Assembly: GCA_964016885.1 (NCBI GenBank)
Contig: OZ024742.1
Coordinates: 66,340,001 to 66,404,000 of the forward strand
Length of the DNA stretch: 64,000 nucleotides
DNA from: Eledone cirrhosa
Taxonomy: Eukaryota
Reading direction: 5' to 3'
In this document: one piece after another, positions 1 through 12,928 of the stretch
How the letters are laid out: each line of letters starts with the position of its first letter
Position numbering within the stretch: the stretch's first letter is position 1
Notes under the pieces: model-generated
The model's input: only the letters and a program-made list of their open reading frames with translations
Databases searched by the model: none
Told to the model about the DNA's origin: nothing
Position numbers and translations under genes: made by a program

Positions 1-1062
1 GCAGGTCTTTTTTTTCTCTCTCTCCTCTACAATTTCACAGAACTTACGTTCACTGAATTTACAGACTAGATCCCTTCTTCCTCCCGTTAGACCTGTACGG
101 AATTCCTTCCTTGCTCACATTCCAACCAGGTTTGATGGTCTTTATTCTCTCTCGTTCACGATTTCACCGAATTTATATTCATGGAAATTTGGGACTTGAC
201 TCCTTCATCCTCAATTTTCGTTGCTTCACCATATTTGTTTGTTTTACTCTCGTGTCCCCTTTATTTACGTGTTCCAACGACTTTTTTTAGCCGTTGCTCG
301 CACCAACCGGAGGTATATAGTCTTTAAAGCGATGAAATACCAATGATGGTTGGAAGATCACTGATGAAGGACTAACTTTATTCATATGTAACCCATTAGC
401 AACGACGTAGCACGTTTATTCTCATATTTACACATATTTTTTCCCTCGCTGTGACGCGTCTATTACGTTCTTACGGCTTCCTCTTTCTCTGTATCTTTAC
501 CCTCTCTAGCAGCCACTCTCTCTGTTAGCCTCTTCCTCACCCTTCACTCACTCATTCTCTGTTACTACCTCTCCTCCTCCTCCTTCTTCCCGTTTGACCT
601 GTGCGTAATTCATTTCTTTCGCACCCTTGGTCAGGCAGGTCCCTTTTTTTCTCTCTCTCGTCTACGATTTCACAGAACTTACGTTCACCGAATTCACAGA
701 CTAGATCCCTTCTTCCTCCCGTTAGACCTGTACGGAATTCCTTCCTTGCTCACATTCCAACCAGGTTTGATGGTCTTTATTCTCTCTCGTTCACGATTTC
801 ACCGAATTTATATTCATGGAAATTTGGGACTTGACTCCTTCATCCTCAATTTTCGTTGCTTCACCATCTTTGTTTGTTTTACTCTCGTGTCCCCTTTATT
901 TACGTGTCCCAACGACTTTTTTTAGCCGTTGCTCGCACCAACTGGAGGTATATGGTATTTAAAGCGAGGAAATACCAATGATGGTTGGAAGATCACTGAT
1001 GAAGGACTAACTTTATTCATATGTAACCCTTTAGCAACCACGCAGCACGTTTATTCTCATAT
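1..1062 (+). repeat. Direct tandem duplication, period about 635 bp (1-~428 repeated at 635-~1062); pLTR-like non-coding unit ending in (TA)n
   Basis: GCAGGTC...TCACAGAACTTACGTTCAC... at 1 and 635; copies stay colinear with scattered substitutions until the (TA)n at ~1062. Both contain GAAATACC...CTGATGA. Confidence 0.85.
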
Positions 1063-1093
1063 ATATATATATCCGACTCAACCCGGGACCTAC

Positions 1094-1133
<40 letters not shown>

Positions 1134-1136
<3 letters not shown>

Positions 1137-1250
1137 AACGAGTAGGACCCCGACGGCTGAGCTCAAGCCGTTTCGACGGCTAATTCTGGACTAAGTATTG
1201 AGTTCTTTGGTGCGTTATGGTCCACTTGGTTCCTTATCACATTTCCTCCG

Positions 1251-1252
<2 letters not shown>
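1134..1252. mobile_element. Fragment of HHR family A with an internal strand switch, inserted in (TA)n
   Basis: GACCCCGACGGCTGAGCTCAAGCCGTTTCGACGGC (minus-sense HHR half) joined at CTAA to the plus-sense 3' tail TATTGAG...GGTGCGTTATGGTCCAC also seen at 51001-51057. Confidence 0.75.
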
Positions 1253-2173
<921 letters not shown>

Positions 2174-2279
2174 AATATATCTGCATGTCTGGGCATATTG
2201 ATATATTTGTCAACGATATATATATTTATATATATATCGTTGACAAATATATCAATATGCCCAGACATGCAGATATATT
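2174..2279. repeat. Palindrome with ~50-bp perfect arms around a TA-rich centre
   Basis: AATATATCTGCATGTCTGGGCATATTGATATATTTGTCAACGATATATA followed by its exact reverse complement. Confidence 0.9.
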
Positions 2280-2388
2280 GCCCTTGGTATGACAGTGTGT
2301 TTTTAGCTCAATAGGATAACTAGTATGCTACAGAGCCGTTATAGTTAGAGGAATAACCAAAGAGTGCTTAGAAATATATTGTTTTATT

Positions 2389-2435
2389 AGCTGACAGTGT
2401 TTCATCCATATACGATGGAAGGAATCATCAGAGCC
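2389..2435 (-). ncRNA. Minimal type I hammerhead ribozyme motif followed by AATAAA
   Basis: Minus: GGCU CUGAUGA uuccuUCCAUcguauAUGGAu GAAAC ACU GUC AGCU AAUAAA. Stem I GGCU/AGCU; the base of stem II is irregular. Confidence 0.65.
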
Positions 2436-3228
2436 TATAAACATGAGTATATCAGTAGTTGCATGCTCCATCGAGCTGCGACACCAGAACAATGTTAAAG
2501 GGCCAGAAGGGGGTCCCAAGGTCAGCGATATATGGAAAAAGACAGAATACATGATGCACATAGTGCCATAAAATGTCTTAAAAATTTAAAAATTAAAAAT
2601 TACACCAAATATGTATCACTTAAATGGTGCAATAGATGAAAAAAGAGGTTGGTTGAGGGTAGCAAGGGATGAGTGACGGCATTACTCAGCATGATCAGAA
2701 ACAATAAGAAAATAATAGAAAAATAATAAAAAAGTACAAAAATACAGGGATAAGAAAAGAGATAAATATAAAAATACAAAACAATGAAGCAACAAAAGGC
2801 CCGGGATCCCCCCAAAATATAAGACAAAGTAAAGCAGAGATGCATCAAAGCACAAGCAGTGCAAAAAGAGGGTGTACAGGCAGATCAAGAGAGTTTGCAA
2901 GCATGAGTCTGTGAAAAGAATAGTTGGTTAGCAGTGGTGCAGCCTTACATGTATGACAGTCCATATGAGGGATGGTGTACTCCCATTATATCGCCTTGTA
3001 ACAGGTCGATTCTCCTTATCATATCCGCACCCTACGAACCACATCGATATGTTCCAGTTCCGAACGTTAAGTGAGATAACACTATTTTTCCATCCTATAC
3101 CCAGGGGATTTATCACCATAGACGATTACCCTTGAAATATCTCTCATTATTCTATATATTTAAAAAAATCACGTTTGAGCGTTAAAAAAAATATCTGAAC
3201 GCTATACTGTTGTTTTATCAACATATAG

Positions 3229-3308
<80 letters not shown>

Positions 3309-3449
3309 CTGCGTGTGTGTGCGTATATACATACATACGTACACACACGCGCCCACACACAGACACACACACACACACACACATATATATATTTATATAT
3401 TTATATATTTATATATATATAGACAATGATATAATTCACCATTTTCAAC

Positions 3450-3803
3450 AGTAAATACATTATTTATTTCGGTCTACCCGTGTTTCATCCCCTTTTACTA
3501 TTGCTCAGAATATCCTTATAAAGAAATTGGCAGACATAGATTATATTAACATCGGAGTAGGACAGCCGACAATACTACGTAGAACATTTTTTATGAACAG
3601 TACCGTTAAATAATTCTGACAAATCTAACATTCCATAACCTTAGAAAAACTTTCTTTACAAATTGCGGCTGGAGCATGTGGTTAAAGAATACATTGATCG
3701 TTATATATATTATTGATCTTGATGATTTCTTTATAAGGATATCGTGAGCAATAGTCTAAGGGCTTGAAACACGTGTAGATCAAATAAATAATGTATTAAC
3801 TGG
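3450..3803. repeat. Inverted repeat (~3450-3528 / ~3724-3803), PLE pLTR-like foldback
   Basis: AATACATTATTTATTTCGGTCTACCCGTGTTTCA...CCTTATAAAGAAAT is the diverged reverse complement of ATTTCTTTATAAGG...TGAAACACGTGTAGATCAAATAAATAATGTATT. Confidence 0.7.
3713..3783 (+). ncRNA. Type I hammerhead motif (C3->U), palindromic stem III
   Basis: UUGAUC UUGAUGA ... GAAAC ACGU GUA GAUCAA, then AATAAA at 3783-3788. Stem I is 6 bp perfect; stem II is weak. Confidence 0.6.
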
Positions 3804-3975
3804 TAAATTATTTTGTTGTTGCTATATGCTCTGTGATTTAAATCTAAGAAAACCGCAAGTATACCAACTGGGATTACCCTTGAAATATCTCTCATTATTC
3901 TGGATATAAAAAAAAAATACGTTTGAGCGTTAAATAAATATCTGAACGCTATACTGTTGTTTTATCAATATATAG

Positions 3976-4025
<50 letters not shown>

Positions 4026-4190
4026 ATATATATATATATTTATTAAAATTTGCTCTACGGTTCTTATATATTTGATGTATATTTATCCTTATCGAGCCCT
4101 CTTTGGATTTTAGTCTTCAAATTTATTATTATTACTATATATATATATATATATATATTTGTGTGTGTGTGTGTGTGTGTGACACACACG

Positions 4191-4266
<76 letters not shown>

Positions 4267-4269
<3 letters not shown>

Positions 4270-4416
4270 AAGAAAGTGTGGACCATAACGCACCAGAATA
4301 CTCGATACTTAGAGTAGTAGAGTGGGCAATAGGAAAAGAGTTAGGACCCCGACGGCTGAGCTCGGATCTAGCTGTCGAAACAGCCGGAGCTCAGACGTCG
4401 GGCCCCCGACTCTTTT

Positions 4417-4420
<4 letters not shown>
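4267..4420. mobile_element. Family A mini-foldback in (TA)n
   Basis: GGACCATAACGCACC...AGGAAAAGAG...GACGGCTGAGCTC followed by inverted GAGCTCAGACGTC...CTCTTTTCCTA. Confidence 0.75.
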
Positions 4421-4486
<66 letters not shown>

Positions 4487-4487
4487 C

Positions 4488-5237
4488 ATGAAATATATGG
4501 AGAATAGAAATGGCTGTGTAGTTGCTATTTAAAGTAACTTAAAATGCAGTGGGAATACGAAGAAAGCAAGAACAGGAGGGTGAGGGGTGTCATCATCAGT
4601 TGTCTACTGGGGGTCTAGGATATTTCTACGCTTTAAAGACAAGATACCACTTCACCCCAAGGCGTAAATAACTGGAAAAGTTATTGGAAAAACGAAGGAA
4701 AGAGGGAAGGAAAGCAAAGGGGGAGAAAAGAGAAACAATAACAAAACAACGAAAAAACCCCACAAACCGAGCAATATGCGAGCAACTATAGGTGGGAAAT
4801 CCAAGACCACTCGATAATAGAACTTAAATTCGAGACTGAGTAATCGAGAGACACCAGACACACGTCTGATGGCAGCAGTTGTAAGTATGACGAGAACTGC
4901 TAAACGGTCAGATGAGGGGGTGAAAGTGAGAGGGAGAAAAGGAGAGGAAGAAAGTGGAGTAAGAGTAGATAGGGAGAAAGGAAGGGGAAGAAAGAGGGAG
5001 GAGAGTAGAAGGTAGCGAAATAGGTAGGTAGAAGGGGGAGAAAAGAATGGCCACAGCGAAAAACATGATGAAATATATGGAGAATAGAAATGGCTGTGCA
5101 GTTGCTATTTAAGGTAACTTAAAATGCAGTTGGAATACGAAGAAAGCAAGAACAGGTGGTGTTATTGGTGGTGGTGGTGGGGGGGGGGGGTCCTCATCAG
5201 TTTGTCTACTGGGGGTCTAGGATATTTCTACGCTTTA
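4488..5237 (-). repeat. Partial direct tandem repeat, period about 580 bp (4488-4635 / ~5068-5237); pLTR-like
   Basis: ATGAAATATATGGAGAATAGAAATGGCTGTG...TCATCAGTT...GGATATTTCTACGCTTTA occurs twice. Shares the TAAAGCG..GAAATA...CTGATGA layout with the repeat at 1-1062. Confidence 0.8.
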
Positions 5238-5828
5238 TCCATTCATGTGGGCCTCTTCTAGATAGTTCATTGGGTGTTCAAATTATTATAAAGTTTTGAA
5301 TAGAAAATGTTTAATTAATATGAGTTCATAATTAAAATTTAGCGATCTGTTTATAGTATTATACTTGAAATATCAATATATCAATTGTTATTTCAATTCA
5401 GCTTTGAAACTGGAGCTGGCACGTTATACGAAATAAATATATTTGTTTTAGGTTTCTGATAACCTGAATATCACTGGTTCATGATTTTTACGATCATAGA
5501 ACATTTTTGGGCATATTTTCTTTGATATCGGGAAATAAAATGAGTAAATGTACTTTCATGGCATAGATAGGAGGCTGGATGATGTTCGTTGATGTAAAAT
5601 AATTAACTCTGTATGTTTCTATGAAATATAATTTACTAACCATAATCGACTAACATTTATTTCTGTCTGGTGGACATACCACCGTGTACATCCTTGATAG
5701 CAAGTAATGTATATTAGCAACACGGTACATTAATATCATCTGGCAGACACACACATATATACATATATATATATGTAAATTTCAGTCGTCACTCTCGTGT
5801 GCGGATATAAATGTTATTTATATATGTG

Positions 5829-5882
<54 letters not shown>

Positions 5883-5886
<4 letters not shown>

Positions 5887-6033
5887 TTTGAAGCATAGAG
5901 TTACGTCCCTTTATGATCTGAGTTCAAACCCAGCCGAGGTTAACTTTGCCTTTCATCCTTACGGGGTCGATCAAATAAAGTACCAGTAATACGCTGGGTA
6001 ATTGCTGGCCTTGTGCCAACAGTAGAAACAATT

Positions 6034-6036
<3 letters not shown>
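5883..6036 (+). mobile_element. tRNA-derived SINE with Meta-like core, 5' truncated
   Basis: GAGTTCAAA (B-box) ... CTTTGCCTTTCATCCTTACGGGGTCGAT...AAGTACCAG...GGCCTTGTGCC; matches the copy at 37918. Confidence 0.8.
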
Positions 6037-6068
<32 letters not shown>

Positions 6069-6224
6069 GCAAAAGGGGGAATATTTCCATTCAAATTAAA
6101 TATTATGGATAAAAAGAAAAAGTGAAAAAGCAGAAAAATATATTCATTAAATATTATTTTTTCTTTAATCCGACAGAATAAATACTTTTATAATTGTTAC
6201 ACTAGGTGGATTTATATTTGGCCA

Positions 6225-6265
6225 AATGTAGCCGGTTTCGATTGGTATCAGTCTTATCAAACATT
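6225..6265 (-). ncRNA. Degenerate hammerhead with U3-A8 core; cleavage triplet mutated to GCU
   Basis: Minus: AAUGU UUGAUAA GACUG AUAC CAAUC GAAAC CG GCU ACAUU. Confidence 0.5.
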
Positions 6266-6920
6266 AATTATTATATATATACAAAAAAGGTTTTTCACTT
6301 AACCTTTGAACTGTTTGAAACGTGAATTTTCTGTCAAAATCCCTTTTTATGTCTATGTTCTTTACGAAGGCGTTGTGGTAAAGGAAAACTCTTTTAGTAG
6401 TTGCTTCCTTCGCTTTATAATTTTTCCTATTATCGTTTGTATGTGTGTGGTTGCCAATGTTTCCATACAGGTAGGGTGTATAAATTGCTTATTCCCATCT
6501 ATAGATCACTAGTTATTGTGGAATGGGAGACAATTACATATTTAGTTGTGGTTTATATAATTAATGAATTGTTTTTCTTTATATAGTCACAGTTGTTGAG
6601 TAAATGAGCCTAAGTATTTGTAGAGAATATTTTTCCCAAAGGTAGAGTCTTGTATTCTAATACAGCGTGAGATATATATATGTATTTAGAGAAAACTTAA
6701 ACACTGACGAAGAGAACCATAGTCTTGATTGATGTTTACCAAAACCGAAAATTTGTGATCGATAATAATTACTGTAATCGATGGTGAGCATTCAATATCT
6801 TTTTATTCTCAGAATCATATCTGTCTATGTTTGGATGGCCACTTAAGTATAACATAATATTATGTTACACTAACACATGTGTACGGCTTTAAATTTGTAA
6901 TTAAATCTACATATCATTTG

Positions 6921-6972
<52 letters not shown>

Positions 6973-8525
6973 CTAGTTTGTTTCTTAATTGTTATATCCT
7001 CGTATATCGTTTACAAATATATTATACATACTAGCAAGAACACGGTGTCTCGAGCGGTTTTCTTTAGCATATGTAGTGTGCATATTGATATAATACGCAA
7101 ATATATATGCCTAAAGATATGATACGTAAATTGAAAAGTAAATTTAAAAGTTGATTGACAATATAAATTGAACAAAACTATGTCACTCTTTCTTCTGTAA
7201 TCAGTAAAGTAAAAAGACGATAATGAAATGAAAAGGTGACGAGACTGTTGACAGAAAATGTTCATGAATCTTGCTTTGAAAATGTCGATGGGAAGCTTCA
7301 ACCAGTGAATTTGAAAATAGATGCAGCTGGAGGGAATTAATGAATTGTATTTACCAATATGAGAGTTGACCTTCGCTATATTGTTGTTTTAATGTATTCG
7401 AATATCGATGTCTTAAGTTATTGTAGTGTCTTTTTTCTAGCAATTAAACAGAAACTTAATTGTATTTCAATTAATTGAGAGTGATATATTTTTAACATCA
7501 CTGTAGAATTTCTTTGTAGACACAGTTGTTAGCGATTAGACCCTTTTCATTCACCTGGGTTAATAGTTTTATATTTTCTTTTTTAAAACTCTTGATAATG
7601 CAACATACATCTGACCATATGGGAAAAAGTGTATGGTAGATATGCACCTATCTTTTCAAATGTCTGCTTTTTTTCCTTGGTAAAGGCTGCTTTCTCAGGA
7701 ATTTGGCGAGTAACTGAGAAATATATAAAGGTTTATGATATAAGGATAGAAATAGAGATGTTTATATATAAGCGTTATGCTATAACGCTGGAAATATAGC
7801 GATGGAAATATTATATTTCAACGACATCACGGTGAATGTTATGATATGGACGCTATCGGAAGTTGAAATTTGAAAGTTTTAACAGAACTGAATCATGAAA
7901 TAAACAATAAATTAAACATAATATCATTTGTACTTATCAAGAGCTATGCAATTTAGTAGATAAATTATATAATATTCCTTCGTGATTTATTCAAATTAAT
8001 CCAACTTATTTTAATAACATGATGTAAAAAAATAAACTGGAGACAGCCTCGCAGTTCTCTAATCTTAATGTATATATATCAATTTATATCCTAAACGGAC
8101 GGTAGTCCGTTTAGTAATATTGTTGTGGTCGTGTTTTCGTTGGCAATCGTCTGTTTACGACAGTACAGCGCGGCTCTACTTTATTTAACTGAGATAAAAC
8201 TTATATGAGCATGAACAGTAGATCATTACGCATCTTTTGGCTTAAAAATCTAGAAATTTGGTCCAGCGGGAAAAAGTTTATAATCAAAGTTTGCTGATAA
8301 ATCTTGTGTTCAAGTGAGTGAGTAGTAAGCGTGACGCTAGGGGAGGTAATCCAGAAATGACGTAGCTTTGTCATTATGACGTAGCTTTGTCATTAAGCCA
8401 GTTGCCTCAACTAGATTGCAATTATACTCAAAAGAACTTTAAAATGTCAATCATTTGTCAGTAATTCACTATGATCATTTAATTATTAGATAGTTGTTGC
8501 TTGCATCGTCTTAAAAAATAGTAGA

Positions 8526-9549
8526 CCAGATAGAAAAATGCGTACAGCAAAAATAAGTAATATTGTTGGAATATAAACCTTTAAAAATACAGGACAAGAA
8601 ACTAAAATAAAACTTTAAAAGAATAGGACAAGAAACTAAGATAAAACTTTAAAGAATTGGACAAGAAATAAAAATGTTTACAATAATATTAGTGGCAAAA
8701 TTTTCTTATTCGTTTCCTATGCTATGCCCCAGTATCTTCTTGATTAGTGCATAATAATTGTCATGCTCTCATTGTGCGTTGCCCCTGAGCGGTTGGTTCT
8801 GGTTGGAGTTGGTTGGCTGAGCAGTTCTGCTCCGTCAGAATGACCATTGCAAGAAGAATTGGCCGATGCAGCTGCAGGTCTCCTCCAAGAATGCACTTCT
8901 GGTCCCGCAACACCAGATGAAGATGGAGAAGACGACCGGGACAAGATGTCGACTCTGACCACCGACTACGGCACCTCCATCAACCACCGGTCCGCCCTCC
9001 TTCTGTCCCGTCATCCCTCCAGTCCTCCTGGTCCCCCTTCCTGTACCAGAAAGCTGTGGCACGCATTCATCTGGATTGACGGACTTGAACTCAAGGACAA
9101 GATGCAAGGAGAGATGGACGGGTTGGTCAAGATCAAGGATGAGCGGGACGACAAGACCGTCCACTGCTGCTCAAGATCTGTGCTCATGGGCCCATGGGTC
9201 ATTCACATTATGCATCACACATGAGGCGTGTCACCGAATGATGAAATAGGGGTATGGTTATGGCCCAATTGGTGTTCAAACCAGGATCAAATGATCCCCC
9301 CGGTCTGACGACGACCTCTGAATGTGGAACCCAGAGCCTATGAATGTGGAACTCGATTTTTTACCAATAAGAATTTTGCCACTAATATTATTGTAATTTT
9401 TTTTATTTCTTGTCCAATTCTTTAAAGTTTTATCTTAGTTTCTTGTCCTATTCTTTTAAAGTTTTATTTTAGTTTCTTGTCCTGTATTTTTAAAAATTTA
9501 TATTCCAACAATATTACTTTTTTTTGCTGTACGCATTTTTCTATCTGGT
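8526..9549. mobile_element. Element with ~185-bp inverted arms (8526-8710 / 9366-9549) around a GC-rich degenerate coding remnant, probably PLE-derived
   Basis: ACCAGATAGAAAAATGCGTACAGC... and its reverse complement ending in (TA)n. The interior peptide ELKDKMQGEMDGLVKIKDERDDKTV loosely resembles the PLE post-thumb region. Confidence 0.6.
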
Positions 9550-9659
9550 ATATATATATTGATATAAATACAAATATACTTACAACTCGACAGACATATA
9601 TTCATACATACATATATACATACATACATCCATACATAAATACATACATACATGCATAG

Positions 9660-12626
9660 AATATGTGACAATGCTCCTTACATGCAAACAAACATAAAAA
9701 AACCTCACTCCTCACCAACAAAGAGTGAAAAATAAAATACAGACGATATTTGGTAGCAGTAGAACCAGAACTCTTCAATAATTGAGAGCTGTTAGCGAAA
9801 AACGCCGATACCTGAAGAAGGTAGATGAGAGAAAACTGCTTAATAAAAGATTCAGAAAAACCAAACATCTATAGAGATATGAAGAACAAAATAATAAGTG
9901 TCACTGAGGCCCCATCCCAGAAAGACATAGATTCCTTTTGGAGAAAAATATGGGGTGAACAGAAGAATTTCAACCAAGATGCAGTGTGGCTGAAAGAAAT
10001 CCGAAAGAACTATTGCTCCTACACTACCACAAAAACATACGAAATAAGTGAGGGTACTCTTGAGACTGTGATAGGAAAACTCCAAGATAGGAAAGCACCA
10101 GGAAGAGACATGATTGTCGGGTGCTGGTACAAAAAACTGATATTATATCTATCGGAGGTATCTTACTGACCTCTACCAATAAGTTCTTAAGGAAGATACA
10201 CTTATACCAGAATGGTTGACATTAGCACAAACATGACTGGTCCCTAAGAATAAAGACACCCACTTGGCAAAAAACTACCGACCCATTGCATGCCAGAACC
10301 TGATGTATAAGATGTATACAGCCTGCCTTAACCTATTCCTCCAAGATCACTGTGAAAATAATAACATCATCACAGATGAACAAACAGCTAGAAAGAAAGG
10401 GGTTTGGGGATGTGCTGAACAACTCCTAATCAACAAAACTGCGATGTCGGAGGTGCGACAACATAGGAGGAATATGGCTACAGTCTGACTGGACTACAGG
10501 AAAGCTTTCGATTCTGTTCCCCACTCTTGGATGATAGAGGCCATCCAGCTTGCTAAAGTCCTAGACATTATTATCAGAGCCATAGAGAAGCTGTCTTCTT
10601 CTTGGTCTACTATCCTAAGGTTAAAGACAGAGAGGGAGGACTCTATTTTCATTGATAACATAAAATATCGAGGGCTATATTTCAGGGAGACAGTCTCTCT
10701 GTGATATTATTCATCTTGTCATTAAGCCCCTTGTCCTTTCTGCTCAAGAAATGTGAAGGATAATCATTGGCTCACAGGAGGACAGAAATACAAACCTTTC
10801 TTTGTGGATGATCTGAAGCTCTATGCCAGGAACATAGATCGGATGCAGAAAAATCTTGACCTGGTTACAGCGTTCTCAAAATATATAGGAGTTTGGCCAA
10901 AGGATAATGGAGTTTGGCCAAAGGATAATGGAGTTTGGCCAAGATAAATGCTCATATATAACTGTAAAGCGGGGAAAAACAACAACCCAATCTAGCAACA
11001 TTGTCATCAATGGCCTAACTGTTTCACCAATATCTGACGAGGAGTACTTCAGATACCTGGGGATAGATGAGACCATATCCTATAATGGTATCTGTAATAA
11101 GGAATGCGTAACCAGGGAATACTAAACCCGATCAAGAAAGATTTGGTCATTGGAACTCTCTGCGCAAAACAAAATGCGTTTGCTGTGTCTGTCCTAACAC
11201 CAACGTTTGGAATACTCAATTGGATGATAGACAAAATCCGAGCAGTTGATGTTGGAACTCGAAAAATACTAAACAGCACCGGAAACTTCCACATCAACAG
11301 TTACATTGACCGCTTTTACTTGAAACATAAGCAGGGAGGCAGGGGCCTAACATCAGACTAGACAGCATTTGAATGTCGCATCATATCCCTCCGACAACAC
11401 CTACGAATCTCGAAGCGTAGGAGCCCGTCTCTCGAGCAAGTCTATCTGCATGAAACAGATAAGATCATGAAAGTTGGGAAGGAACTCCTCTAGAGATATT
11501 CCCTGTGTGATAATCAAAAACTCACACCCAGGGATGTCACTCAGCAGTATCGCAGTGAATCCATGGATGAAAAACTGCATGCTTATCACCAGAAAATCAT
11601 GTATGGATATGTTGCCAGGAAGCTCCAGAGTGGGAGTAATATAGATAAGGAAAGTAGTCTATCTTGGACCAACAACCGCTATATTGGCTTCCACTTTGAA
11701 GTATTCGCTTTTGCAATCCAAGAACAGGAAATTAATACGAAATACCTGATTCAAAATAGAGATAGGGATGCAGGCAAAACACCTAGATGTGATAACAAGT
11801 GCAGACTCTGCAGAACTAACATCGAATATATCACCCATGTCATCAGCAGCTGTCCAAAGATGTCATCGTTGTACTATCTACCTATGAGACATGATGTAGT
11901 GGCCAAAACACTGTACAATGCAATCCGTAGAAAAGATAGCCCCGATAATAAACACATTGAAAGCTACAGCAATGTGGAAGACATCCATGTCCATAATATG
12001 AAACAGTACTGGTGGAATGTTCCAGTAAAAACCCCAATAAAATGCAGGCAAAACAGACCAGATATTATGATATGGGACAGGGAGAAGAAAGCATGCACAG
12101 TAGTGGAAATAGGTGCCCAGCAGATGCCAATATAATATCAAAGATTAGCGAAAAGGAAAATATTTATGCAGAACTGATGAGAAATCTGCAGATACTCCAC
12201 CCTGATTACACCTTCAGATTTATACCTGTGATTTATGCACTGCGATTTATGCACTGGGGTATGTTAGTAACTGCCTCAATACAAATCTTGAGAAGCTAGG
12301 CTTCAGAGAAACAGAAAGAACACAACTAGTTAGGAAATTACAAGTACGATCCATTAATGGAACAGTTAAAATATGTAAAACATTCCAAAAATGTTGCATC
12401 TAATAACTGCACCTAATAACTGAACATGTACAGATACAAATCATATACACATGCACACATACAACTCAAAACATACACATACACATATACAATAACATTC
12501 ATATCTACACATGCATGCATACATTATCTACCTAGTTGATGTTGCGTAAATTCCAATGTAAGAGTCTTGTGTCTATGTTAGAAACCGACTCTCTCTCTAT
12601 TGTGAAATTATAAAACCAGAAGAACA

Positions 12627-12630
<4 letters not shown>
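9660..12630 (+). mobile_element. R4/Dong-clade non-LTR retrotransposon (RT + CCHC + restriction-like endonuclease), 5' truncated, frameshifted
   Basis: KAPGRD, NYRPIACQNLMYK, LDYRKAFDSVPHSW, FQGDSLS, FVDDLKLY, YLGI, KQGGRGL, CRLC..HVISSC, RHD, NRPDIMIWD..VVEI. Several stops and frameshifts; ends at (TA)n. Confidence 0.9.
10888..10947 (+). repeat. 21-bp tandem triplication inside the R4 RT
   Basis: (T)GGAGTTTGGCCAAAGGATAA x~3. Confidence 0.85.
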
Positions 12631-12680
<50 letters not shown>

Positions 12681-12683
<3 letters not shown>

Positions 12684-12883
12684 CGGAAGAGTTGTGGTAA
12701 GGAACCAGATGGACCATAACGCACCAGAGAACTCAATACTTAGGGTAGTAGACTGGGTAATAGGAGAAAGTATGACCTCGACGGCAGAGCTCAAGCCGTT
12801 TCGACGGCTATTTCTGGACTAAAGTTTTAGTCCAGATAAAGCTGTCGAAACGGCTTGAGCTCTGCTGTCGGGCTCATACTTTC

Positions 12884-12888
<5 letters not shown>
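12681..12888. mobile_element. Family A foldback in (TA)n
   Basis: Long arm ACGGAAGAG...GACGGCAGAGCTCAAGCCGTTTCGACGGCTA...CTGGACTAAA then inverted TTTAGTCCAG...GAAACGGCTTGAGCTCTGCTGTC...TTCTATA. Confidence 0.8.

Positions 12889-12928
<40 letters not shown>

Noticed and set aside
345-367. Box C/D snoRNA reading of AUGAUG / CUGA motifs
   Set aside because: Boxes are too close and imperfect, there is no guide region or terminal stem, and the motif lies in a dispersed repeat.
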